A stretch of DNA of 64,000 nt from Actinomycetota bacterium (lineage in GTDB: Bacteria > Actinomycetota > Actinomycetes > Nanopelagicales > Nanopelagicaceae), in contig JAPLBF010000006.1 of the NCBI GenBank assembly GCA_026392825.1, positions 41 through 64,040 on the forward strand. Direction: 5' to 3'. Made by a program: the position numbers and the translations under genes. The notes beneath the pieces are model-generated. The model had not been told where the DNA came from and did no database searches. It was given only the letters and a program-made list of their open reading frames with translations. Each line of letters opens with the position of its first letter. The stretch's first letter is position 1. This document shows, piece by piece, positions 10,762 through 20,149 of this stretch.

Positions 10762-12732
10762 ATGAGTTCAGAAAAAATCGGCGATTCAATCGAAAATCTT
10801 TCGCAGGAGAACCGGCTCTTTCCACCGAGCCCGGAATTTGCCGCGCAAGCGAATGCAAAACCTGATTTGTATGCACACGCAGATAAAGACCGTTTAGCTT
10901 TTTGGGAAGAACAAGCGCGTGAGCTGACTTGGGATAAGACTTGGGATCAAGTTTTGGAATGGAATCCTCCATACGCCAAATGGTTTATTGGCGGCAAGAT
11001 AAATGCTTCGGTAAACGCGCTTGATCGTCACATCGCAGCTGGCCGTGGAGAACGAATCGCTTTTCACTTTGAAGGTGAACCCGGTGATACTCGCACAATT
11101 ACTTATTCGCAGATGCTCGAAGATGTATCGCAAGCAGCACACGCTTTAACTGAACTCGGAATCACCGCGGGCGATCGTGTCGCTATTTATATGCCGATGA
11201 TTCCAGAGGCCGCGGTTGCAATGTTAGCTTGTGCGCGAATCGGCGCAGTTCATTCAGTTGTCTTTGGTGGATTTTCTGCAGATGCGCTTCTATCTCGCAT
11301 CCAAGATGCCGATGCTAAGTTGGTAATTACTGCAGATGGTGGCTTCCGCAAGGGTTCAGCATTTGCGCTAAAGCCCGCGGTTGATGAAGCGTTAAAGGGT
11401 AAGCACAATGTGGAAAAAGTTCTGGTTGTAAAGCGCACGAAACAAGAAACAGTGTGGAACTCAGATCGTGATATTTGGTGGCATGAAATTGTTAACCGCC
11501 AAAGCAAGTCACACACACCTGAATTCTTTGACAGTGAGCACCCGCTCTTTATTCTTTACACTTCTGGAACAACTGCCAAGCCAAAGGGAATTTTCCACAC
11601 AACAGGCGGATATTTAACCCAAGCGGCATACACACATCGCGTGGTCTTTGATATCAAGCCTGAAACAGATATTTACTGGTGTACCGCCGATGTTGGTTGG
11701 ATTACCGGCCATTCTTACGTTGTTTATGGACCACTAATAAATGGCGCAACACAAGTTATTTATGAAGGAACTCCTGATACACCACATAAAGGCCGCCTCT
11801 TTGAAATTATCGCAAAGTACGGTGTAACTATTTTGTACACCGCGCCGACTTTGATTCGTACTTGGATGAAATGGGGAGATGAATTCCCACAGGCTCACAA
11901 TTTATCTTCGTTGCGTTTACTTGGGTCAGTTGGTGAACCAATTAATCCAGAAGCGTGGATGTGGTATCGCGAAGTAATTGGTGCAAACAATTGTCCAATC
12001 GTCGACACTTGGTGGCAGACCGAAACCGGCGCGATAATGATTTCACCACTACCTGGCGTTACCGCAACCAAACCAGGATCTGCGATGAAAGCACTTCCAG
12101 GTATCAGCGCAAAAGTTGTTGATGATCAAGGCGTTCCAGTTCCTAATGGACACGGTGGATTCTTAATTTTGGATCAACCATGGCCTTCAATGTTGCGTGG
12201 TGTTTGGGGCGAAGACGAGCGTTACAAAGAAACTTACTGGTCACGTTTTAAAGGAATTTACTTTGCTGGCGATGGCGCAAAGTTAGATGGCGATGGCGCG
12301 ACTTGGCTAATGGGACGCGTTGATGATGTTATGAACGTTTCCGGTCACCGCATTTCAACTACTGAAGTTGAGTCTGCTTTGGTTTCACACGAAGCGGTCG
12401 CTGAAGCAGCAGTTGTTGGTGCAGCAGATGAAATGACCGGCCAAGGCATTGTCGCCTTCGTTATTTTGCGCGGCGGAATACCAAATGTCGGCGGCGAAGA
12501 GTTGGTCAAAGAGCTGCGCGCTCACGTAACCAAGGAGATCGGCGCAATCGCTCGCCCGCGTCAGATTATGGTTGTGGCAGAACTTCCGAAGACGCGAAGT
12601 GGAAAAATTATGCGCCGCTTACTAAAGGATGTTGCTGAAAATCGCGCAGTCGGAGATGCGACAACACTGGCTGATCCAAATGTAATGAAGCTGATTTCAG
12701 AAGGGTTAAATTCTTCTAAAGACGAAGATTAA
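10762..12732 (+). CDS. acs: Acetyl-CoA synthetase
   Basis: 656 aa; YTSGTTAKPKG, DTWWQTETG, PKTRSGKIMRR; TAATCT -10 lies 8 nt before ATG. Confidence 0.98.
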   Translation: MSSEKIGDSIENLSQENRLFPPSPEFAAQANAKPDLYAHADKDRLAFWEEQARELTWDKTWDQVLEWNPPYAKWFIGGKINASVNALDRHIAAGRGERIAFHFEGEPGDTRTITYSQMLEDVSQAAHALTELGITAGDRVAIYMPMIPEAAVAMLACARIGAVHSVVFGGFSADALLSRIQDADAKLVITADGGFRKGSAFALKPAVDEALKGKHNVEKVLVVKRTKQETVWNSDRDIWWHEIVNRQSKSHTPEFFDSEHPLFILYTSGTTAKPKGIFHTTGGYLTQAAYTHRVVFDIKPETDIYWCTADVGWITGHSYVVYGPLINGATQVIYEGTPDTPHKGRLFEIIAKYGVTILYTAPTLIRTWMKWGDEFPQAHNLSSLRLLGSVGEPINPEAWMWYREVIGANNCPIVDTWWQTETGAIMISPLPGVTATKPGSAMKALPGISAKVVDDQGVPVPNGHGGFLILDQPWPSMLRGVWGEDERYKETYWSRFKGIYFAGDGAKLDGDGATWLMGRVDDVMNVSGHRISTTEVESALVSHEAVAEAAVVGAADEMTGQGIVAFVILRGGIPNVGGEELVKELRAHVTKEIGAIARPRQIMVVAELPKTRSGKIMRRLLKDVAENRAVGDATTLADPNVMKLISEGLNSSKDED

Positions 12733-13210
12733 GGAACTCTTCCTTTACCCAGTCGTTTGCTTGGGTAATTAATCCAGGAATGTAAGGTTGAACTTTCATC
12801 AATATCTGGCTTTTTGCGATTTGGTTCTGTACTGATTCCCACGGTGACCAAAGCAAGACGGTCGCGATTAAATAAGTCACGAGAATTACTCGGATAATTT
12901 CTAAGGCAGAACCTGCCAGTGAATCTAGAAACGCCAGTGGCCCACGAAATACCGTTGCCCGTAAACCTTTGGCGAGTGCTCCACCAGCCATTGATCCAAA
13001 ACTTCCACTGGCAACAATTGCAATGATCACAAAACCAACGCGCTTAAAATCTAACGCCCAATCGTTGGAGATCTTCAGAGAAAAATAGATTCCAAGAACG
13101 CCACCGGCGATGTAGCCCACAAATTTGAAGATCGTTCTAATAAATCCGTTTTTATAACCGATCACTCCTGAAATGAGAACGGCTGCGGCAATCACAAGGT
13201 CTAAAAGCAT
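12716..13210 (-). CDS. CvpA/colicin V production-family membrane protein (MarP N-terminal-like, no protease domain)
   Basis: 4 hydrophobic segments, GYKNGFI...LDSLAGS pattern; same position as marP in the acs-nth block. Confidence 0.7.
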   Translation of the reverse strand: MLLDLVIAAAVLISGVIGYKNGFIRTIFKFVGYIAGGVLGIYFSLKISNDWALDFKRVGFVIIAIVASGSFGSMAGGALAKGLRATVFRGPLAFLDSLAGSALEIIRVILVTYLIATVLLWSPWESVQNQIAKSQILMKVQPYIPGLITQANDWVKEEFLNLRL

Positions 13211-13740
13211 TAAATCTGCACCCCTAAATATTTCTCTGTTAGCGCGATTAATTCAGATTCTGATTCTATAACACCAATTTTTTTAAATACCGTCTTGCCG
13301 GATGCATCTATAAATAAAGTCACCGGAACGCCCATTCCAAAGTACGCTCTTGTCTCATTCTCGCGATCATAATAATTTGGCCAAGTCATGCCATTTTCCT
13401 CAATGAATCTTTGCGAATTAGTTGGGGATGCCTCTTCAACCGCAATTCCGACTAGCTGCACTTTTCCCTTTGCTTTGCTGTAAAAACTGACAAATTCTGG
13501 CATTTCATCTAAGCAGGTTGTGCACCAAGATCCCCAAACATTTAAAACCATTGGTCCCCGCAGTGATTCAATGATCGCGCCAGGTGAGCCATCTACGCAT
13601 TCGAGAGCAATACCTTCTACTACCTCTGTATCTGTGGTGACAGACTCGCAAGAAATAACTTCTCCGGTCTGTGCAACTGGATCTGAGTTAGAACAACCAG
13701 ATAAGAGAAGCGCGCAAATTATAAAAAATATTACCTTCAT
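13210..13740 (-). CDS. TlpA-family thioredoxin-like lipoprotein
   Basis: Lipobox LLLSGC; NVWGSWCTTC.DEMP (CxxC); GVPVTLFID. Confidence 0.88.
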   Translation of the reverse strand: MKVIFFIICALLLSGCSNSDPVAQTGEVISCESVTTDTEVVEGIALECVDGSPGAIIESLRGPMVLNVWGSWCTTCLDEMPEFVSFYSKAKGKVQLVGIAVEEASPTNSQRFIEENGMTWPNYYDRENETRAYFGMGVPVTLFIDASGKTVFKKIGVIESESELIALTEKYLGVQI

Positions 13741-14435
13741 CGGAAATCCGCATCGCTTTTAACTAAAAGAAGAGCTTTCGCTTTATCCATCTCACCAATT
13801 CCAAACGATGGACAAATCTTTGCAACAGGACAAGCGCCACACGCCGGTTTGCGCGAATGACAAATTCTTCTACCGTGCCAGATCATCCGTTGTGACAAGT
13901 TGGTCCATTCCTTTTCAGGTATCAACTCTCCCACTTCAAATTCTACTTTTACGGGATCTTGCGATGCGCTCCACCCAAATCTGCGCGAAAGTCTTCCAAA
14001 ATGTGTATCCACTGTGATTCCAGGAATATCAAAGGCGTGCCCCAAAACGACGTTGGCAGTCTTGCGACCAACCCCTGGCAATGTAATTAACTCTTCTAAG
14101 GTCTGCGGAACTGCGCCATCAAAATCTTCGATGATTTTTATCGCAAGTCCCTTAATGTGGCGCGCTTTTGCTCTAAAGAATCCAGTTGTGTAAATCAGAT
14201 CTTCGATATCTACCAATGAGGCTTTGGCATATGCCCGAACGTTTTTATATTTCTTAAACAACGCAGGCGTAACTTGATTGACTCGTTTGTCGGTGCATTG
14301 CGCAGAAAGTACTGTTGCAATGGTTAATTCGAGAGGGTTGGAGAAATCCAATTCACAGCGCACATCTGGATATCGCTTGCTTAAAATCCGATAGATAGCC
14401 CGTGCGCTCTTTCGGGTTTCGCGATCAGGGGCCAT
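13737..14435 (-). CDS. nth: Endonuclease III
   Basis: LSAQCTD, HhH LPGVGRKTAN, VDTH, CHSRKPACGAC Fe-S motif. Confidence 0.97.
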   Translation of the reverse strand: MAPDRETRKSARAIYRILSKRYPDVRCELDFSNPLELTIATVLSAQCTDKRVNQVTPALFKKYKNVRAYAKASLVDIEDLIYTTGFFRAKARHIKGLAIKIIEDFDGAVPQTLEELITLPGVGRKTANVVLGHAFDIPGITVDTHFGRLSRRFGWSASQDPVKVEFEVGELIPEKEWTNLSQRMIWHGRRICHSRKPACGACPVAKICPSFGIGEMDKAKALLLVKSDADFR

Positions 14436-14440
14436 GCGAG

Positions 14441-14447
14441 TAAACTA
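14441..14447. promoter_or_regulatory. Overlapping bidirectional -10 element for nth and crp
   Basis: TAAACTA reads TAAACT on + (6 nt to crp GTG 14453) and TAGTTT on - (6 nt to nth ATG 14435). Confidence 0.65.
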
Positions 14448-14452
14448 CCGAT

Positions 14453-15136
14453 GTGCCACACGAAGAAGAAGTCGTACGCAGAGCCCCGCTCTTTACCGCC
14501 CTTGATGAAGCAGCCGCGGTTTCGCTGCGCGCCTCCATGGATTCAGTAAAGATCGCCAAAGGATCAATCCTTTTTAAAGAGGGCGATGAAGGCGAGCACT
14601 TGTATGTAATTATCGACGGCAAGTTAAAGCTTGGAACCTCAAGCGGCGACGGTCGCGAAAACCTGCTTTCTATTCTTGGACCTGGTGAAATGTTTGGTGA
14701 ACTCTCACTCTTTGATCCCGGCCCACGTACCTCGACTGCAACTGCTGTTACCGATGCAAAATTACTTTCCCTTAGCCATGAAAAAGTTATTCCGTGGCTT
14801 AAGCAGAACCCAGAAGTTTCGTTGCAATTGCTCACTAGATTGTCACAACGCCTGCGCCGTACCAATGAAGCGGTCGGCGATTTAGTTTTCTCTGATGTTC
14901 CAGGACGTGTTGCAAAAGCTCTAATTGACCTGGGAGATCGTTTCGGTAAGACAACCCCTGAAGGGTTGCTCGTTAACCACGATCTAACTCAAGAAGAACT
15001 GGCCCAATTAGTTGGAGCATCTCGCGAAACAGTTAATAAAGCTTTAGCTGATTTCGCCGGACGCGGTTGGCTTAAGCTGGACGGTCGTTCAGTATTGATT
15101 GTTGATGTTGACCGCCTAAGTAAGCGTTCGCGCTAG
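14453..15136 (+). CDS. crp: CRP/FNR-family regulator (Crp/GlxR orthologue)
   Basis: cNMP domain GEMFGELSLFDPGPR; HTH LTQEELAQLVGASRETVNKAL. Confidence 0.96.
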   Translation: MPHEEEVVRRAPLFTALDEAAAVSLRASMDSVKIAKGSILFKEGDEGEHLYVIIDGKLKLGTSSGDGRENLLSILGPGEMFGELSLFDPGPRTSTATAVTDAKLLSLSHEKVIPWLKQNPEVSLQLLTRLSQRLRRTNEAVGDLVFSDVPGRVAKALIDLGDRFGKTTPEGLLVNHDLTQEELAQLVGASRETVNKALADFAGRGWLKLDGRSVLIVDVDRLSKRSR

Positions 15137-15608
15137 ATCCCTTTAATTCAGCAATTTCAACGGTGAGTTCAATCTCCACCGGTGAATTTAAAGGAAGCTC
15201 TGCAACTCCGATTGCACTTCGCGCAGCAATTCCAGCATCGCCCCAGATATGCATGAAGAGCTCAGATGCTCCATTTGCAATAAATGGTTGATTAAGAAAA
15301 CCAGGCGCGCCGTTTACATAACAAACTACGCGAACAACTTTTACAATCATATCTACCGGAGCGACGAGTTCGACAGCTGCAAGACAGTTGAGGGCGCAAA
15401 TTTCTGCAAGTTCTTTCGCTCGCTCTTGAGTTATTTCAGCTCCAACTTTGCCGGTATCGGCCATTGCGCCATCTACTAATGGAAGTTGTCCTGCAGTAAA
15501 AACTATTTGTCCAGTGCGGACTGCTGGCAAATAAGCAGCAACAGGTTTAGCGGCTATCGGAAGCGTTAAACCTTTTTCAGCAAGCTTTGCGCGGACATCG
15601 ATCGCCAT
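15072..15608 (-). CDS. RidA/YjgF family protein with C-terminal extension
   Basis: AAYLPAVRTG..VFTAGQLP, ANGASEL, ARSAIGVAELPLNSPVEIE. Confidence 0.9.
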   Translation of the reverse strand: MAIDVRAKLAEKGLTLPIAAKPVAAYLPAVRTGQIVFTAGQLPLVDGAMADTGKVGAEITQERAKELAEICALNCLAAVELVAPVDMIVKVVRVVCYVNGAPGFLNQPFIANGASELFMHIWGDAGIAARSAIGVAELPLNSPVEIELTVEIAELKGSSANAYLGGQHQQSILNDRPA

Positions 15609-15610
15609 AG

Positions 15611-15763
15611 TTATTTAATCTCTCGCTTCATGTAAGCAACTAATTGTTCGCCGCCTGGCGCAGGAATAACAGTTACGAGTTCCCAACCATCTGAACCCCA
15701 AGTATCAAGAATCTGCTTTGTGGCGTGTGAAAGTAGTGGGACGGTTGCATATTCGAATTTCAT
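15611..15763 (-). CDS. DUF4177-type small protein (50 aa)
   Basis: Not in track: MKFEYATVPLLSHATKQILDTWGSDGWELVTVIPAPGGEQLVAYMKREIK; TAATG overlap with yqeY stop; usual actinobacterial neighbour of the ridA gene. Confidence 0.9.
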   Translation of the reverse strand: MKFEYATVPLLSHATKQILDTWGSDGWELVTVIPAPGGEQLVAYMKREIK

Positions 15764-16221
15764 TAATTTCCTCCGGCTAGCGCTGCTTTTACAAGTGATG
15801 AAACTAAAGAACCATCTGCTTTGCCAGCGATCTGGCCCTTGATGGCTCCCATAACTTTGCCCATATCGCCAGGTCCAGCAGCACCAGTTGATGCAACTGC
15901 GGCGGCAATCATTTTCTTTATGTCATCTTCAGAAAGTTGTGCTGGTAAATATTTAGCAATTACTTCGCCCTCAGCTTTTTCTTCTGCGGACTTATCGGGG
16001 CGATTGGCTTTGGCAAATTCTTCGGCCGCTTCACGGCGCTTCTTGGCTTCACGCGATAAGACGGTGATGATTTCGTCTTCAGTAAGTACGCGGGCTTCTT
16101 TTCCGGACACTTCTTCGTTAGTAATTGCAGTTAAGACCATACGGATTGTTCCTGATACGACCTTGTCGCTACTGCGAATTGCCTCTGTTAAGTCGCTCTT
16201 AAGTGTCTCTTTGAGTCCCAC
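15763..16221 (-). CDS. GatB/YqeY domain protein
   Basis: LSREAKKRREAAE, YLPAQLS, DMGKVMG, ADGSLVS. Confidence 0.93.
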   Translation of the reverse strand: MGLKETLKSDLTEAIRSSDKVVSGTIRMVLTAITNEEVSGKEARVLTEDEIITVLSREAKKRREAAEEFAKANRPDKSAEEKAEGEVIAKYLPAQLSEDDIKKMIAAAVASTGAAGPGDMGKVMGAIKGQIAGKADGSLVSSLVKAALAGGN

Positions 16222-16270
16222 GAGTTTGATGCTCCAATTCTTGAACTGTTCGGGTGTATCTTCTCATGTA

Positions 16271-17086
16271 ATGAGTTATCAACTTCGCCAGGCTGAGATC
16301 CCGATTCTGCCCGCTGGCCATGCGCCGATTCGAGTGCTTCACTTTTCTGATCTGCACCTGACCCCAGCCCGCAAAACCGAGATTGCAGATATCAAATCAT
16401 TTATTGATCTCGCCCCTGACTTAGTCATCTCAACCGGAGACTTTCTGGCTCATATGCAGGCTGTACCTGTTGCCCTTGATGCGTTAGATGCATTGTTAGA
16501 TATTCCTGGCTTATTTGTTTTCGGATCAAATGATTACTACGCGCCTAAGCCAAAGAATCCTCTTAAGTATTTACTGCCCGGACACGGCAAACGAATTCAC
16601 GGAGATGATTTGCCTTGGCCAGAATTAGATTTAGGGCTGCAAGCACGCGGTTGGAAAAATCTAAATCACTCGCGAGCAACAATTAAAATTAAAGATACGA
16701 CGATCGAAACGCGTGGCACAGATGATGCGCATCTGGAATTTGATAATTACTCATTGGTTGCTGGTAAACCTGAAGAATGCGACATCGCAATTGGAGTGAC
16801 TCACGCACCGTATTTAAGAATTCTCGAAGGAATGGCGAAGGATGGATTGGATGCCATCTTCGCGGGACACACCCACGGTGGACAAGTTCGATTACCTTTG
16901 CCGGGCAGATCACGTGCACTTACAACAAATTGCGATTTACCAACTTGGCGCGCAAGAGGTTTAACTAAATTTGGCGATGAACCTTATTTACACGTTTCAG
17001 CGGGAATGGGAACCAGTCCTTTTGCGAGAATAAGAGTTGCTAGTCCACCAGAAGTTAGCTTGGTAACGCTTACTGCAAAGCTTTAG
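16271..17086 (+). CDS. Calcineurin-like metallophosphoesterase
   Basis: Start moved to ATG 16271 (MSYQLRQ); [24 protein letters not shown] motifs. Confidence 0.9.
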   Translation: MSYQLRQAEIPILPAGHAPIRVLHFSDLHLTPARKTEIADIKSFIDLAPDLVISTGDFLAHMQAVPVALDALDALLDIPGLFVFGSNDYYAPKPKNPLKYLLPGHGKRIHGDDLPWPELDLGLQARGWKNLNHSRATIKIKDTTIETRGTDDAHLEFDNYSLVAGKPEECDIAIGVTHAPYLRILEGMAKDGLDAIFAGHTHGGQVRLPLPGRSRALTTNCDLPTWRARGLTKFGDEPYLHVSAGMGTSPFARIRVASPPEVSLVTLTAKL

Positions 17087-18177
17087 CGAGTGAATTCAGC
17101 GGCAACGAGTTCTGCTATTTGTGCAGTATTCAGCGCTGCGCCTTTTCGCAAATTATCTCCGCAGACAAATAAATCGATTGATTTCGGGTCATCTAACGAT
17201 TGGCGTACGCGGCCGACCCAAGTTGGGTCCGTGCCTACGACATCAGCAGGAGTTGGAAATTCCTTCTTCTCGGGATTGTCATAAAGCATGACGCCTTCTG
17301 CCTTCGAGAGCGCAGATTGCGCAGCTTTACGCGTAACAACTTTTGAGAATGTGGCATGCACGGTGAGCGAGTGTGTTGTTATTACTGGAACTCGAACGCA
17401 CGTAGCCGCTACCTTTAGTTTTGGCATACCAAGAATCTTTCGTGATTCGTTGCGCACCTTTAGTTCTTCAGATGAATAGCCAGCTTCTTTTAGAGAACCA
17501 GCCCAAGGGACAACGTTCATTGCAAGAGGTGCCGGGAATGGACCTAAATCTTTAATTACCCCACGAAGATCTTTTGCAACTGAACCTAAGTTCTTTCCAG
17601 CAACTTTAGAAATCTGTTCATGCAACGCATCGATTCCGGGTTGTCCTGCACCGGATGCTGCTTGGTAAGAAGAGACAACTAACTCTTTCAGACCAAATTT
17701 CTTATTAAGTGCACCTATTGCAACAATCATTGAAAGTGTTGTGCAATTTGGATTAGAGATAATTCCCTTTGGACGATTCTTAATTTCCTTTGGATTAACT
17801 TCTGGGACAACTAGCGGAACTTTCTTATCCATACGGAATGCACCTGAGTTGTCGACGACAACGGCGCCGCGCTTTGCGGCTATTGGTGCCCACTCGGCGG
17901 AAATTTCATCTGGCACATCGAACATTGCGATATCAATGCCATCGAATGCTTCTGGGGAAAGTGCAACAACAGTTAGCTCTTCACCGCGGCAAGTCAGCTT
18001 CTTTCCGGCACTGCGTGCAGATGCGATTAAGCGAATCTCGCCGTAAACATTTTTACGCTTGCTCAAGATGTCGAGCATCACGGTGCCGACTGCGCCGGTT
18101 GCTCCGACGACTGCTAGGGAAGGAAGTTTCTTCGCGGACTTCTCTTTCTTAACGCTCTTTACTTTTTTCTTTGTCAT
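17083..18177 (-). CDS. asd: Aspartate-semialdehyde dehydrogenase
   Basis: [33 protein letters not shown]. Confidence 0.97.
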   Translation of the reverse strand: MTKKKVKSVKKEKSAKKLPSLAVVGATGAVGTVMLDILSKRKNVYGEIRLIASARSAGKKLTCRGEELTVVALSPEAFDGIDIAMFDVPDEISAEWAPIAAKRGAVVVDNSGAFRMDKKVPLVVPEVNPKEIKNRPKGIISNPNCTTLSMIVAIGALNKKFGLKELVVSSYQAASGAGQPGIDALHEQISKVAGKNLGSVAKDLRGVIKDLGPFPAPLAMNVVPWAGSLKEAGYSSEELKVRNESRKILGMPKLKVAATCVRVPVITTHSLTVHATFSKVVTRKAAQSALSKAEGVMLYDNPEKKEFPTPADVVGTDPTWVGRVRQSLDDPKSIDLFVCGDNLRKGAALNTAQIAELVAAEFTR

Positions 18178-19445
18178 CGTCCGGTTCCTCCATATACAAC
18201 CGCTTCAACTTGATCAGCATCTAAACCAAATGCGGTGTGCGCTGCACGAACGCCCTTTTCTAGGTCGCTTTCGCGGCAAATAATGGATATTCGGATCTCG
18301 GAAGTCGAAATCATTTCAATGTTAAGACCGGCTTCTGCCATTGCTGCGAAGAAGGTTGCGGTCACGCCAGGATGGGAACGCATTCCCGCACCAACAAGTG
18401 AGAGCTTGCCGATTGAATCATCGTATTGAATTGAAGCGAAGCCAACTTCACCTTGTATGCGCTTCAAAATAGCAGTTGCATTCGCGCCTTCTGCCTTAGG
18501 AACAGTAAATGAAATATCTGTAAGCCCAGTTGCTGCTGCAGAAACATTTTGCACAATCATGTCGATATTGATGTCGGCATCAGCGATTGCTTGGAAGATG
18601 CGAGCTGCAACACCGGTGCGATCCGGAACGCCAACTATTGTGACCTTTGCTTCGGATTTATCGTGTGCGATACCCGAGATGATTGCTTGCTCCATGTTTC
18701 CTCCTTCAGGATGGTTTTCAACCACCCAGGTTCCTTCGTTTGGTGAAAATGATGAACGGACGTGAATTGGTAAGTTGTAACGACGCGCATATTCAACGCA
18801 ACGCAAGTGCAGAACTTTGGCACCTGCAGCCGCAAGTTCTAACATTTCTTCATAAGTAACTGTCTTTAATTTGCGCGCAGATGGGACAACGCGTGGATCT
18901 GCGCTAAAGACTCCATCAACATCTGTATAGATTTCGCAAACATCAGCATCGAGTGCTGCAGCAAGCGCGACTGCTGTTGTATCTGATCCACCGCGACCAA
19001 GAGTTGTGATGTCTTTTGTATCTTGCGAAATTCCCTGGAAGCCCGCAACAATTGCAATCGCACCATCGTTAAGCGCTTCTTGAATTCGTCCCGGCGTAAC
19101 ATCAATAATGCGCGCGCGACCGTGTGCAGAATCTGTAATCACTCCGGCCTGTGAACCGGTAAATGAACGAGCTTCGTGTCCTAAATTTGAAATTGCCATT
19201 GCAAGCAGCGCCATCGAAATTCGCTCACCGGCGGTCAGCAACATATCTAGTTCGCGTCCGCCCGGGATAGGGGTAACGGCATTTGCTAAATCGATCAATT
19301 CATCAGTGGTATCGCCCATTGCGCTGACTACGACAACGACCTGGTTGCCATCCTTTTTCGCGGCCACAATGCGGGCAGCCACGCGCTTCATGCCCTCGGC
19401 ATCGGCAACGGAGGATCCGCCGTACTTCTGAACGATAAGTCCCAT
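18174..19445 (-). CDS. ask: Aspartate kinase
   Basis: [20 protein letters not shown], two ACT domains. Confidence 0.98.
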   Translation of the reverse strand: MGLIVQKYGGSSVADAEGMKRVAARIVAAKKDGNQVVVVVSAMGDTTDELIDLANAVTPIPGGRELDMLLTAGERISMALLAMAISNLGHEARSFTGSQAGVITDSAHGRARIIDVTPGRIQEALNDGAIAIVAGFQGISQDTKDITTLGRGGSDTTAVALAAALDADVCEIYTDVDGVFSADPRVVPSARKLKTVTYEEMLELAAAGAKVLHLRCVEYARRYNLPIHVRSSFSPNEGTWVVENHPEGGNMEQAIISGIAHDKSEAKVTIVGVPDRTGVAARIFQAIADADINIDMIVQNVSAAATGLTDISFTVPKAEGANATAILKRIQGEVGFASIQYDDSIGKLSLVGAGMRSHPGVTATFFAAMAEAGLNIEMISTSEIRISIICRESDLEKGVRAAHTAFGLDADQVEAVVYGGTGR

Positions 19446-19537
19446 AGGTCAATAGTGAACTAATTTTTAAGTTCGAGCCACCCAATTATAGGAAATCTCA
19501 ATTATTGAGACAAAGGTACGTTCAAATAGTGAGACGT

Positions 19538-20149
19538 TTAGCCTTCTACGTTTCGGCGCCCCTCAAAGGCGCGGCCCAGAGTTACTTCATCTGCATATTC
19601 GAGGTCGCCACCAACTGGCAGACCGCTCGCTAAACGAGAAGTTTTAATACCAAGCGGCTTAATCAAGCGAGCAAGATAAGTTGCAGTTGCTTCGCCTTCC
19701 AAGTTTGGATCTGTCGCAAGAATTACCTCGGTGATATTTGAATCAGATAAACGCACCATCAACTCGCGGATACGTAATTGATCTGGACCAATTCCATCGA
19801 TCGGACTGATTGCGCCACCGAGCACGTGATACTTCCCGCGGAATTCACGTGTGCGTTCAATTGCGATTACATCTTTACTTTCTTCAACTACGCAAATTTG
19901 TGACGGGTCGCGTCGTGGATCGCGACAGATGCGGCATTCGGTTTCTTCAGAGACATTTCCACATTGATCGCAAAATCGAACTCGTTCTTTAACGGTACGG
20001 ATTGCATCTACGAGATTAAGCGCTGCATCACCATCGCTCTGCAAAATATGAAATGCAATTCTTTGCGCACTCTTTGGACCAATTCCGGGTAAGCGTCCAA
20101 GCGCATCGATGAGATCTTGGATCGCACCTTCATACATGCCAGTGCTCAT
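19538..20149 (-). CDS. recR: Recombination mediator RecR
   Basis: [15 protein letters not shown]...CRIC Zn finger, [22 protein letters not shown]. Confidence 0.97.
   Translation of the reverse strand: MSTGMYEGAIQDLIDALGRLPGIGPKSAQRIAFHILQSDGDAALNLVDAIRTVKERVRFCDQCGNVSEETECRICRDPRRDPSQICVVEESKDVIAIERTREFRGKYHVLGGAISPIDGIGPDQLRIRELMVRLSDSNITEVILATDPNLEGEATATYLARLIKPLGIKTSRLASGLPVGGDLEYADEVTLGRAFEGRRNVEG

Noticed and set aside
15821-16270. N-terminal 150 aa of the 421-aa track ORF
   Set aside because: Antisense shadow of yqeY; the phosphoesterase domain begins at ATG 16271.
16266-16273. ATGTAATG start-stop element before the metallophosphoesterase
   Set aside because: A single 8-nt occurrence is easily chance; no supporting evidence.
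19457-19474. GAAC...GTTC inverted repeat as an SOS box
   Set aside because: Spacer is 10 nt, not the 4 nt of the actinobacterial LexA box, and it lies downstream of recR.
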